Shown here in pieces: positions 18,806 to 28,065 of a DNA stretch of 60,595 nucleotides (its first letter is position 1; each line of letters starts with the position of its first letter). The translations under genes and the position numbers were made by a program. Origin of the DNA: a virus (taxonomy: Duplodnaviria > Caudoviricetes); IMG/VR virus record IMGVR_UViG_3300042879_004465, positions 1 through 60,595 of that record. One strand, given 5' to 3'. The notes under the pieces are model-generated. The model was not told the DNA's origin. It ran no database searches and saw only the letters and a program-made list of their open reading frames with translations.

Positions 18806-19269
18806 TTAATTTTTTTGAAAAATGCATGAACTTTGCCATGTCTTTGGCATCCAAGGGATTCACTGGGAAAAAAGTTTTGCCAGAGGCAAAAAAACTAAGA
18901 GCGTTGTCCTGTTTTGGAAATGAAGATATATCCCCTTGTCCCCATTTACTAAAAAGCAAACATTTTAAAACTCATTATTGCGGTGCCTGTGGATGCGGGG
19001 ACAAACCCCATACCCAGTTGACAATAGATGGGGAAAAATACGGAAAATTAGATTATCCTTATTTGATTTGTCCATTGAGCATGCCCGGATTTTCCAATTA
19101 TTCTCCAGCAAGCCCAAAAGAAGTGGCAGAAAACACAAGAAAGTCTCAGATAGAAATTTATGATATTATGAGACTTCAAAATATAAAAGTAACTTCTCCA
19201 GAACCAACTGAGGAAGAATATCAAATTTTTCAAAAATTATCAAAATTAGGCAAATCCCCATCAGCCTAA
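18802..19269 (+). CDS. Cys-rich putative metal-binding protein
   Basis: SCFG...PCPHL...HYCGACGCGD...ICP. Confidence 0.6.
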   Translation: MINFFEKCMNFAMSLASKGFTGKKVLPEAKKLRALSCFGNEDISPCPHLLKSKHFKTHYCGACGCGDKPHTQLTIDGEKYGKLDYPYLICPLSMPGFSNYSPASPKEVAENTRKSQIEIYDIMRLQNIKVTSPEPTEEEYQIFQKLSKLGKSPSA

Positions 19270-19272
19270 ATA
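19265..19272 (+). promoter_or_regulatory. Late promoter variant CCTAAATA for the neck genes
   Basis: 9 nt before the gp13 ATG. Confidence 0.65.
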
Positions 19273-19281
19273 ATTTTTGAA

Positions 19282-20082
19282 ATGGAACCAACAAACAAAG
19301 ACGAATTTATAGCCTATTGCAGAAGAGCTTTAGGGGAACCCGTAATTCAGGTAAACGTCGGGGCAACCCAAGCGGACGATCGTCTTACGGACTGCTTAAA
19401 TTATCTCACAGAAAAACATTTTGATTTCGTTCATAGGGCATTATTTTCTTATCAAATAACACAAAATGACATAACTCGCCAATATATTGATACGGCTACT
19501 CTCGGAGATGCTTTAGGTGCAACAGGCGGGTGGCCGAATGGCACCGATATATTGACAATTAGCAAGGTATATCCAATTACCTCGACCGTTGGAGATTACA
19601 TCTTTGACTTAAGATATCAATTGTCCATGCAGGATTTCTTTGGCATTTTCTTCAACCAAGGAATTGCCCCATACGGAGCTCTTGCAAATTATGAAATGGC
19701 AAGAAGCTATTTGTCTACAATTGAGTATACTTTTGCGTATCCTTGCTCTTATACATTCTCAAAGGCAACTCAGCGCCTTTTCTTGGAACTTTCAAAGGAC
19801 AGATTAAAGGTGGGAAACTATATTTTGCTTGAGGCTTATGTCGGTATCGACGTAGATCAATATCCAAGAATTTGGAGAGATAGAATATTCAAAAGATATT
19901 ACATTGCCATGTTGAAAAAACAATGGGCTCAGAATTTAATGAAATTTGCAAATGTACCATTGACGGGAGGAGCATCAATAAATGCGCCTGCTCTCATGGC
20001 AGATGCTTTAAGGGAAATACAAGAAATAGAAGATAAAATAACTCAAATGTACGAGCCGCCTCCTGACATGCAAATAGGATAA
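19282..20082 (+). CDS. gp13: Neck protein gp13
   Basis: YCRRALGEPVIQVNV, HFD, KRYYIAMLKKQWAQNLMKF, LTGGASIN, C-terminal YEPPPDMQIG. Confidence 0.93.
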   Translation: MEPTNKDEFIAYCRRALGEPVIQVNVGATQADDRLTDCLNYLTEKHFDFVHRALFSYQITQNDITRQYIDTATLGDALGATGGWPNGTDILTISKVYPITSTVGDYIFDLRYQLSMQDFFGIFFNQGIAPYGALANYEMARSYLSTIEYTFAYPCSYTFSKATQRLFLELSKDRLKVGNYILLEAYVGIDVDQYPRIWRDRIFKRYYIAMLKKQWAQNLMKFANVPLTGGASINAPALMADALREIQEIEDKITQMYEPPPDMQIG

Positions 20083-20083
20083 G

Positions 20084-20989
20084 ATGACAACTAATCCATA
20101 TTTTAATCAAGACGATCCTGGGCAACAAACCCTAATTGAGGATATCACGGTTGAGCTGATTCAAGGAACCGGGAGAGATATAGTATATGTTCCCCGTCAA
20201 TTCGTCAACATTGATAAAATATTTGGAGAAGACATTGCATCTAATTTCAGTGATTCTTATGTTATAGAAGCTTATGTAGAATCTTTCAGGGGATTTGACG
20301 GAACCGATATTGTTAATCAATTCGGCATCGAAGTAAAAGATAAACTTACTTTGGTTATGTCGAAAAGAAGATTTGAGGAGGAAATTACTGCATCAGTTCC
20401 TACGATAACAAGGCCAAGAGAAGGGGATTTAATATACTTTCCTTTGTCAAAAAGCCTTTTTGAGATAAACTTCGTAGAGCATGAAAATCCGTTTTATCCA
20501 ATTGGCAAAAGATATACTTACATGTTGACTTGTGAAATGTTTACATACAGTATGGAGAGAATTGCTACCGGAAACACGGCAATAGACGAAGTATACGATA
20601 CTTCATACAGAACTTTTTACGACATGCTTCTTCCCGGGCCGAGTGGCGCAACATATTTCCACGAAGGCCAATATGTACAACAAACAGGAGGTTCTGGCGG
20701 ATTGGGTCTCATATCCAACTGGAATGGAAACGCAAATGTTCTCACCATCAACATTCTTTCCGGAACATTCAGCCCAGCATTCGCTTTCCAAGTTCTGGGA
20801 GACACCGGAGGGGTATATCCAACTGTCGGTGCTACTTTCACTTCAATCGTGGCGAATCCCAACAAGTATCCTTCATACGGCACAAGCAAGACCCTCAAAG
20901 GAAACAACGAAGACATCGAGCAAGAAAGATTCTCCGACAACGTTGTGTCCTTCGATGAAAACGATCCATTCTCGGAGGGCAACTACTGA
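20084..20989 (+). CDS. gp14: Neck protein gp14
   Basis: NPYF, GRDIVYVPR, IFGED, QFGIEVKD, RPREGDLIYFP, LFEINFVEHENPFY, C-terminal FDENDPF. Confidence 0.93.
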   Translation: MTTNPYFNQDDPGQQTLIEDITVELIQGTGRDIVYVPRQFVNIDKIFGEDIASNFSDSYVIEAYVESFRGFDGTDIVNQFGIEVKDKLTLVMSKRRFEEEITASVPTITRPREGDLIYFPLSKSLFEINFVEHENPFYPIGKRYTYMLTCEMFTYSMERIATGNTAIDEVYDTSYRTFYDMLLPGPSGATYFHEGQYVQQTGGSGGLGLISNWNGNANVLTINILSGTFSPAFAFQVLGDTGGVYPTVGATFTSIVANPNKYPSYGTSKTLKGNNEDIEQERFSDNVVSFDENDPFSEGNY

Positions 20990-22479
20990 TGTTTGGATCA
21001 TATTACTATGGGGAATATTTAAGAAAAGTTGTAATAGGGTTTGGAACTTTATTCAATAATATTTACGTGGAAACTCCCGACAACGGAGTTAACAAGCAAG
21101 TTCGTGTTCCATTGACTTATGCCCCGAAAGAAAAATTTATAAGAAGATTGCTTGAAGAGTCTTCTATTTCCACTGATACAAAGGTAGGAATACGATTACC
21201 TCAACTAAGCTTTGCGATAAGCCAAGTTGCTGTCGATTCTTCAAGAAGAAGAAACAAGGTCAACAGAGAGATTTATGGAGTAGATGGTTTTTTAGGAAAA
21301 CAAACTTTTGTAGAAGTTCCAATAAACATAAATTTTAACTTGTTTATGTACACCCGTCACATAAACAATACTTTGCAGATAACTGAACAAATTATTCCAT
21401 ACTTTAATCCAGAGTTTAACATAAAAATAAACTTTGGAAACAATAGAGATGATATTACAATTCCTTTGGTGATGATCAATGGAATAAACATCAATGAAAA
21501 ATACGATGGAAATTTTGGAGACAGAAGAATAAACATTTCTAGCATTGGTTTTGTCGCAAAAGCGTACATGTTTAGTCCAGCACAGCCAGTCAGTTTAATT
21601 CCAATAGTAGAAAATTTTGATTTGGATGTTGATGTTGATGTTGATGTTTTTCCTGAGCCACCGCCTAGTCAGTCTTTCCCCAATCCTCCGAGTGGACTGT
21701 CCGTTCTTAGTTTCACAGGAACGGGTGCTACACTTGGATGGACGGACGATGCTGGATCTTTCGGTGAAGATGGCTTCAAGATTTACTACTATGAGGCAGG
21801 AAGCGTTCCTCCAGTCGTTTCTGATTTCTTGCTCATCAGCGGAAACACCTACGTACTCGGAGCAACTGCCCCTGCATTGGAAGGCATTGGGAATGTATCT
21901 CAATTCATTGGAAGTTTGAACCAAGGAGAAACGTATTCTTTCGTTGTTACTTCTTACATAGATGCAGGAAGTTCCGGATATGCAGGACCAGTAAGCATTT
22001 TTACGCCGGGGCCTCCAGCTACTCCAACAGCATTGTTCGTGTCGAGCTTTACTGGCACCGGAGCCACTTTGGGTTGGGTAGATCAAGCATCGGTGCCAAC
22101 AGAAACCCAATTCAAGATTTATTATTACGAAACCGGAAGTGTTCCTCCAGTTTCATCGGACTTCTTGCTCATCAGCGGAAACACCTACGTACTCGGAGCG
22201 ACTTATCCGGCTCAGGCTGGAACGGGCAGCGTAACAGGTTTCATAGGGAACCTAAACGACGGGGAAACATATTCGTTCGTAGTTACTTCGTTCAACGCCG
22301 TGGGAAGTTCCGGATACGCAGGACCAGTAAGCATCTTTACCCCGGGCCCGCCGGATACTCCAACAGGATTAAGAATCGTAAGCTTCACTGGCACGGGAGC
22401 AACTCTGGCTTGGATTGATTCGGAGAGTGCTCCAATTGAAACTGAATTCGTAATTTACGTATACAATCATCTATATTAA
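20989..22479 (+). CDS. gp15: Tail terminator / sheath stabiliser gp15 fused to about 2.4 FN3 repeats
   Basis: LRKVVIGFGTLFNNI, VPLTYAPKEKF, LPQLSF, QITEQIIPYFNPEF. After a DVDVDV/PEPPP linker come 112-aa FN3-like repeats (P..L.V.S.T...ATL.W...L..GETYSFVV.S....G.S). Confidence 0.9.
   Translation: MFGSYYYGEYLRKVVIGFGTLFNNIYVETPDNGVNKQVRVPLTYAPKEKFIRRLLEESSISTDTKVGIRLPQLSFAISQVAVDSSRRRNKVNREIYGVDGFLGKQTFVEVPININFNLFMYTRHINNTLQITEQIIPYFNPEFNIKINFGNNRDDITIPLVMINGININEKYDGNFGDRRINISSIGFVAKAYMFSPAQPVSLIPIVENFDLDVDVDVDVFPEPPPSQSFPNPPSGLSVLSFTGTGATLGWTDDAGSFGEDGFKIYYYEAGSVPPVVSDFLLISGNTYVLGATAPALEGIGNVSQFIGSLNQGETYSFVVTSYIDAGSSGYAGPVSIFTPGPPATPTALFVSSFTGTGATLGWVDQASVPTETQFKIYYYETGSVPPVSSDFLLISGNTYVLGATYPAQAGTGSVTGFIGNLNDGETYSFVVTSFNAVGSSGYAGPVSIFTPGPPDTPTGLRIVSFTGTGATLAWIDSESAPIETEFVIYVYNHLY
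21625..21648 (+). repeat. (GATGTT)x4 microsatellite at the gp15/FN3 junction
   Basis: Four exact GATGTT units encoding DVDVDVDV. Confidence 0.85.
21685..22476 (+). repeat. Tandem 336-bp repeats encoding FN3 domains (2 full, 1 partial)
   Basis: Units start at about 21685, 22021 and 22357; a 38-nt identical block lies at 21826-21863 and 22162-22199. Confidence 0.9.
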
Positions 22480-22488
22480 AGGCAAAAT

Positions 22489-23883
22489 ATGTCACACATC
22501 GTAAACTACAATAAAAATACACACGATTTATATTTGTATAACGCAGATCCTATCATAGATCGACAAAATCCTTTGAATAATACTTATGAAATGCCGATAG
22601 GATTTAATCCAAATTTTTGGTTAAATCAAGATGAATTTGGCTTTACTGCTTTTAATTTAGATTTTACTGGAGTTGCATTAAGATTTAGAGGTGGGAGTAG
22701 ATGGCAATCAGAAAATAACGCTCCAAATATTGTGCAATTTCATGGATTATCTGGCTTCGGTTTTGGGCAGAGTAATAATGCAGCATTGATGCTTGATGTA
22801 TTTAATAATGGTCTTCCTATAGGAAATTTTTCTATAGTTGAAAATTATAATTTTTGGAACAATATAGGAATACCTGCAGTTTTAATTAGCCCACAACATG
22901 TTTTAGCCGGTGGGCACATGTTTTTAAGCGAGGCTGCTTTTTCGGTTCCAGAATATGATCCAAATCCTTGGAGAGGAACTACTTTTGCAGAATTTGTATT
23001 TTTAGGGACAAATGGAGTAACCTACTCTAGAATTGGTAGATTAAAAATAGCTTTTGGTTCTATGCTTGGGTTCGGACCGCAACCACAACTTGAGGAAACG
23101 GTTGAGCCTTTTTATACTTATAATATTTTTCCTGAATTGGGATTAAATGAGGAAAATTTTTCTCTACTGGCAGGAGACATGCATTTAATTGAGTTGGATA
23201 CTCCTTTTACGGAAGAAGAATTGCAATTTGTTAAAATTTATAAAATAATAAATTATGCATCTTCCCAACTCTCATCTAACAGTAGTTTTACTATAACTTT
23301 TAATCCTCAGAGTATAATTACAGTACGAAATGCAAATGGAACTGAAAGTTTTTTTGATGAAAATTTATTTGACACAACTTGGTCTGGTGTTCCTTTTTGG
23401 GGATATGAAAATGTAGATGCTACAGGTATTATAAGTAGTCAAGCAAATATTTCTGGTTTTACTCCTGTATATGGAGATAGTTTAGCCGTACTTTTAAAAT
23501 ATCATCCGGGATTACAAGAATTGTGTTTTTATAAATTTATTAATGGAGATGGTCGGTGGACGATATCAAGAGGCTCTAAAAACGATCCAGAAAGTGCCGC
23601 ATATAAAGAATCCAAAATTTGGAATGCAGTCAAAAATTATATACAGCAAACTTGTGGGTATACCATAACATTAATAGATAACTTTACAGAAACTGATAAT
23701 ATTGAAATTGATGGATTGGTATACACAAAAGGAGTTACGCTTTCTGCAAATGCAGGCATAGGCGGAATGACATATTTTTACGGAGGGCTGACTTCCGGGA
23801 ACACTTATTCATTCTTAGTAACTGCCAGAAATGCAATAGGATATTCCGGTTACGCCGGTCCTACAGGATTCAGAACTCCTTAA
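22489..23883 (+). CDS. Trypsin-like serine-protease-fold protein ending in the C-terminal half of an FN3 domain
   Basis: AVLISPQHVLAGGH (His motif), GDMHLIELD (Asp motif), YGDSLA (Ser motif, GDSG variant). The last ~63 aa align with the second half of the gp15 FN3 repeats. Confidence 0.6.
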   Translation: MSHIVNYNKNTHDLYLYNADPIIDRQNPLNNTYEMPIGFNPNFWLNQDEFGFTAFNLDFTGVALRFRGGSRWQSENNAPNIVQFHGLSGFGFGQSNNAALMLDVFNNGLPIGNFSIVENYNFWNNIGIPAVLISPQHVLAGGHMFLSEAAFSVPEYDPNPWRGTTFAEFVFLGTNGVTYSRIGRLKIAFGSMLGFGPQPQLEETVEPFYTYNIFPELGLNEENFSLLAGDMHLIELDTPFTEEELQFVKIYKIINYASSQLSSNSSFTITFNPQSIITVRNANGTESFFDENLFDTTWSGVPFWGYENVDATGIISSQANISGFTPVYGDSLAVLLKYHPGLQELCFYKFINGDGRWTISRGSKNDPESAAYKESKIWNAVKNYIQQTCGYTITLIDNFTETDNIEIDGLVYTKGVTLSANAGIGGMTYFYGGLTSGNTYSFLVTARNAIGYSGYAGPTGFRTP

Positions 23884-23895
23884 TGGAATTAAATA

Positions 23896-24342
23896 ATGGA
23901 AGACGTGAATAAAAATCTTGAATCGTTTTTTGAAATAGAATCCTCGAATCAAAAAATAGAAACCACAAAAACAGCAGGAACGACATCTTCTGCAACTCAG
24001 GATTACGAGTTCGCAAGAAACAACCTAAGATCCCTAATTTCAAACGGATCTCTTGGATTGGAAGGAATAATGAAGGTTGCCTTGGAATCCGACAGTCCAA
24101 GGGCATACGAAGTCTTGGCAAATACGATCAAGACTTTGGCTGAGATAAACGTGAACTTGATGGATGTTTCCGCCAAGTTTGCAGAGACCAACAAAGTGAA
24201 CGTAAAGAACACCACGAACAATTCCATATTCGTTGGGACAACCAAAGATTTGCAGAAATTGCTAAAGAAAGAAAACAATTTTGTTGAAGGTGAATTAAAT
24301 GAACAACCAGCAAAGCGGCTATCGAGCCAACCCGAATCTTAA
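23896..24342 (+). CDS. gp16: Terminase small subunit gp16
   Basis: DYEFARNNL, ESDSPRAYEV, NNSIFVGTTKDLQKLLK; upstream of gp17. Confidence 0.88.
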   Translation: MEDVNKNLESFFEIESSNQKIETTKTAGTTSSATQDYEFARNNLRSLISNGSLGLEGIMKVALESDSPRAYEVLANTIKTLAEINVNLMDVSAKFAETNKVNVKNTTNNSIFVGTTKDLQKLLKKENNFVEGELNEQPAKRLSSQPES

Positions 24343-25960
24343 AGCTCCGGGAATAAATCTAAACTATACCCAAGAGCAACTTGAAGATTACATAAAGTCT
24401 GCAAAAGATCCGGTTCACTTCATAGAGAAACACGTAAAAATTGTCACTCTGAACTCTGGTCTTTCTCCGTTTCTTTTGTATGATTACCAAAAAAGATTCA
24501 TAAACGAGATTCACAACAACAGGTTCGTAATCTCTAAATTTCCTCGTCAAAGCGGAAAATCCAGCTGCGTGCTCGGATACATAAATCACTACATAAATTT
24601 TCAACCAGACGTGAAAGTGGCGATTCTCGCAAACAAGCAAAAGACGGCAACCGATCTATTCTCAAGATTGCAAATTGCATACGAAAATCTTCCTCAATAT
24701 TTGCAGCAGGGAGTATTGGAATGGAACAAGACTTCCTTGAAACTTGAGAACGGATCTTCCGTTGTCTGTGCTGCAACATCTGCATCAGCAATCCGCGGTG
24801 GTTCTTACAATCTTTTGCTTTTGGACGAGTTTGCATATCTTCCGCAGAACATCGCAGAAGAATTCTATGCATCTACTTATCCGACAATTTCTTCGGGTAC
24901 AACCTCAAAAATCGTAATAGTATCGACGCCACATGGGCTGAACCACTATTACAATCTGTGGGTGAACGCAAAAAGACAGCCCGGCCATCCATTGAAGAAC
25001 AAGTTTGTCCCGGTGGAGATCAGTTGGAGAGAAGTTCCGATGTATCCGGGCGGGCCTTTAAGAGGGGAAGATTGGAAGCAAGAAACAATAGCAAATACAA
25101 GCGAGGAACAATTCAATCAAGAATTTGAATGTTCTTTCATCGGGTCTTCGAATACTCTTGTGTCCTCCTCTAAACTCAATATTCTTGCCCCGAATGACCC
25201 AGTCGAGCAGACAATGGATGGTATCAGAATTTTTGAGCAACCGGATGAGAACAAGACATATTTCTTGTTGGCCGACGTTTCAAGGGGTCAAGGAAACGAC
25301 TACTCCGCTTTTACGGTCGTAGAAGGCTCACAGATGCCCTATAACGTCGTTGCGACCTACCAGAACAATACCATAAGCCCCTTTGCCTATCCGACCGTTA
25401 TAAAGACAATAGCGGAAAAATACAACAATGCCTATGTCATGGTTGAGGTGAATGATGTAGGGGGCCAAGTATGTTCCATTCTTTACAACGATCTTCAATA
25501 CGAGAACATGTTGATGACCCAAACTAGAGGAGTCAAAGGTCAAGTTTTGTCCCAAGGATTCGCCAGAGGAAAGTCCGAAATGGGCATTCGAACCACTGCC
25601 CAAACCAAAAAAATTGGCTGTGCCGTATTGAAGAGATTGGTGGAAGAAGACAAACTTCTGCTGAATGACGACAGAATCATAAGAGAGCTGATGTCTTTCG
25701 TATCAAAATCAAATAGTTTCCGGGCAGAGGATAGCCAAACGGACGACTTGGTAATGTGTTTGGTATTCTTTTCTTGGTTAACGAGACAGGAATATTTTAC
25801 GGATTTGATAGAAACAGCAAAAAATAAATATTCGCAGAACGATTCAATTTCTCCAGAAGATGACAACGTATTATTCATGATGGGAAACAAAGAAAAAAAT
25901 TCAGATGAAATCCCTCCAGATGGCTTATCGGACGGAAATTGCGTATGGTTTTCGGGCTAA
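24299..25960 (+). CDS. gp17: Terminase large subunit gp17
   Basis: Walker A PRQSGKS, Walker B LLLDEFA, VSTPHG, QEFECSF, nuclease DVSRG...DYS, DDLVM. Confidence 0.97.
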   Translation: MNNQQSGYRANPNLKAPGINLNYTQEQLEDYIKSAKDPVHFIEKHVKIVTLNSGLSPFLLYDYQKRFINEIHNNRFVISKFPRQSGKSSCVLGYINHYINFQPDVKVAILANKQKTATDLFSRLQIAYENLPQYLQQGVLEWNKTSLKLENGSSVVCAATSASAIRGGSYNLLLLDEFAYLPQNIAEEFYASTYPTISSGTTSKIVIVSTPHGLNHYYNLWVNAKRQPGHPLKNKFVPVEISWREVPMYPGGPLRGEDWKQETIANTSEEQFNQEFECSFIGSSNTLVSSSKLNILAPNDPVEQTMDGIRIFEQPDENKTYFLLADVSRGQGNDYSAFTVVEGSQMPYNVVATYQNNTISPFAYPTVIKTIAEKYNNAYVMVEVNDVGGQVCSILYNDLQYENMLMTQTRGVKGQVLSQGFARGKSEMGIRTTAQTKKIGCAVLKRLVEEDKLLLNDDRIIRELMSFVSKSNSFRAEDSQTDDLVMCLVFFSWLTRQEYFTDLIETAKNKYSQNDSISPEDDNVLFMMGNKEKNSDEIPPDGLSDGNCVWFSG

Positions 25961-25974
25961 ATAACTTCTAAATA
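25957..25974 (+). promoter_or_regulatory. Tandem late promoters (CTAAATA x2) for sheath paralog A
   Basis: CTAAATA at 25957-25963 and 25968-25974. Confidence 0.65.
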
Positions 25975-25992
25975 TCATAGAAAGACAAAAAT

Positions 25993-27981
25993 ATGGGATT
26001 AGAACCTCCACAAATCACTTTAGGCAACGGGACACTTAACGCTTTTAATTTTTTTCCAACTCCAGCGCAAGTTACCGAACCGAGCCAAGATAGAAATAAA
26101 AGATTTGTCTGTGGATTTGTGATGGGGTCTGCTAATCCTAGTAGTGGTAGCGGAACGGGGTGTGGTTTGTTTGCAGCAATTAATAAAATTAGTGACCCAT
26201 TTGGCAGCGGTGACGTTGCTGGACTTAATATACTTGCTTCTACTACAGAATTTTTTAACCCACATACTCTTGGGGGAGTCATAATTAATGCATATGTAAT
26301 TGATTCTATATCTTCCTTAAAAACAATACTTAATAAAATTAATAACAATATAAATTTAGGTTTGTGGAACATCGATCCTTCAAGAACAGTTTCGCCCGGG
26401 CCGAATCCAACAAATCAAGCCCTTTATACCTCTTTGACTGAAAATTTATATTTTGGCGCGTATACAGGAAAAAACAATGTAGATCCAAATCAGGATGGAT
26501 TTGCAGATCAAACAGCTGATTGGATGGGAAATGGAATAACCGCAGCTTTTGGATTTTCTTCTGTTTCTACTCCTGACACCGATTTAGCGCAAATAATAGG
26601 AAACGATGGAGCAGCCTCAAGGGCCGGAGTAGAATTATATGCTTTGCTTCATTTTTTAAAATACGGAGGAGTGGCTGTTATTGCGCCTAGATATCATGAA
26701 TTATCCCTTATAAAAGACGGTTTTAGATATCCTAGTAGTTCTGGCTTTCCTTTAGATCCAGAACGTAACAACATTGGCGCTCTATTCAATAATAGAGGAT
26801 TAGATGCAATCGTTACTTTAGAAGGCGGATCAATGTTAACTGGGGTAGGGCTCACCGGAAATCAAACAAATGATGCAATGATTTATGGTGGAGCATATTA
26901 CGAAGGGGCCGGAGCGCTAGGTCAAGTATACAACAGAACGCAAGGATTATTGCCGGAGCATTTGGGAAATACTTTTGCCGGTCTTGTTTATAAAGGAAAC
27001 ATATTTTCTTCCATAGTGACCGATATACTTTCACCATCTTATCTGCAGATCTTCCATGCCGGGCTTTCCGGAACATCTTTTGGATATCAACAAGAATTCG
27101 GAGCTGATCCAGCTACAGTAGGAGTCTTTAGACATCCATCAACCGATGGTCGGCCTTTCAATTTCAGAAAAAAAACTACTAGTATTTCATATCCCGGAAA
27201 TCCAAATGCATCAGTGACTGGTCTAACAGGAGGCATACTCAATTCAAATCAATTGAACAGTTTGGTATGCGTCGGCGGAAGAACCCTGACAAAAACTTGG
27301 TGGACAACTACAGGAACTCCACAGGGAGCAGTAGTGGGCGGAGGCGCAGACGGATCATATTGGATTCCGAAATTGGATGTAATTGAATTTGCCGGGTCAA
27401 TGAATACCGCTCTGCAGCAAACTACCGGAAACTACATGCTTTCTTCGAACATCGGAGGATCCATTCCCGTCTCAGACGGTGTTCCCAATATGGCTCAATT
27501 AATAACAAGCACTAGATATTCCTCTACGTCTTTTGAATTGTTGGAGGATTTAGCCGCAAAAAGAATAAACACAATTTGCTCTAATTCGCCTACCCATTTC
27601 CCGACAGACTATGTCGGCGCAACCGGTGCAATAGGAACACCAAATACCACTCTATTGAATAGAAGATATGCTCAAGCCATACATGGCTATGCATATCAAA
27701 CGGCTTTCAGAGTTTTGGACGAAATAGTAGGCACTAACGTAGTAAACAATTCGGCAACACGCGCACAAGTGGTAACCGCAATTACTGATGCTTATAACAG
27801 TTCTAATTTCAATTCATATCTTAGAGAAAATTATGTAATTACATGCGATACTACCAACAACAGCAATAACTCAACAATGCTTACTGTAGGCATTACCGTT
27901 AAGCCCGCTGTTTTCACCATAAATAGCCCAACAGGAGGGCAGCTAATATCTGACTTCAATATTATCATAACTCTATCATAA
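25993..27981 (+). CDS. Highly divergent tail sheath (gp18-like), paralog A
   Basis: Occupies the gp18 position. FLKYGG motif; C-terminal KRINTI...NRR...NNSATRAQV...YVITCDTTNN...LTVGITVKP matches the sheath C-terminal domain. Confidence 0.7.
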   Translation: MGLEPPQITLGNGTLNAFNFFPTPAQVTEPSQDRNKRFVCGFVMGSANPSSGSGTGCGLFAAINKISDPFGSGDVAGLNILASTTEFFNPHTLGGVIINAYVIDSISSLKTILNKINNNINLGLWNIDPSRTVSPGPNPTNQALYTSLTENLYFGAYTGKNNVDPNQDGFADQTADWMGNGITAAFGFSSVSTPDTDLAQIIGNDGAASRAGVELYALLHFLKYGGVAVIAPRYHELSLIKDGFRYPSSSGFPLDPERNNIGALFNNRGLDAIVTLEGGSMLTGVGLTGNQTNDAMIYGGAYYEGAGALGQVYNRTQGLLPEHLGNTFAGLVYKGNIFSSIVTDILSPSYLQIFHAGLSGTSFGYQQEFGADPATVGVFRHPSTDGRPFNFRKKTTSISYPGNPNASVTGLTGGILNSNQLNSLVCVGGRTLTKTWWTTTGTPQGAVVGGGADGSYWIPKLDVIEFAGSMNTALQQTTGNYMLSSNIGGSIPVSDGVPNMAQLITSTRYSSTSFELLEDLAAKRINTICSNSPTHFPTDYVGATGAIGTPNTTLLNRRYAQAIHGYAYQTAFRVLDEIVGTNVVNNSATRAQVVTAITDAYNSSNFNSYLRENYVITCDTTNNSNNSTMLTVGITVKPAVFTINSPTGGQLISDFNIIITLS

Positions 27982-27999
27982 TAATTTTTTAATTAAATT

Positions 28000-28033
28000 T
28001 ATCTCCCTCAATTTTTGGGGGAGATATTTTTTT
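28000..28033 (+). terminator. Intrinsic terminator between the two sheath paralogs
   Basis: ATCTCCCTCAA / TTGGGGGAGAT stem (one G-U pair) followed by a T7 run. Confidence 0.65.
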
Positions 28034-28045
28034 AAAAATAAACGT

Positions 28046-28053
28046 CCTAAATA
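28046..28053 (+). promoter_or_regulatory. Late promoter CCTAAATA for sheath paralog B and tube genes
   Basis: 12 nt before the ATG at 28066. Confidence 0.65.
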
Positions 28054-28065
28054 TTAGAAGAAACT

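Noticed and set aside
20620-20860. GC-richer insertion within gp14
   Set aside because: It resembles the small beta domain (F..G..V.Q...W......L......GTF) commonly inserted in neck proteins of aquatic T4-like phages; not unusual.
21685-22476. 336-bp repeats as a CRISPR array or DGR template/variable repeat pair
   Set aside because: They are in-frame coding repeats without spacers, differences are not adenine-specific, and there is no reverse transcriptase in the window.
22489-23700. The insert in the FN3 domain as an intein or homing element
   Set aside because: No N-terminal Cys/Ser plus C-terminal His-Asn splice motifs and no LAGLIDADG, HNH or GIY-YIG motifs; the motifs are trypsin-like.
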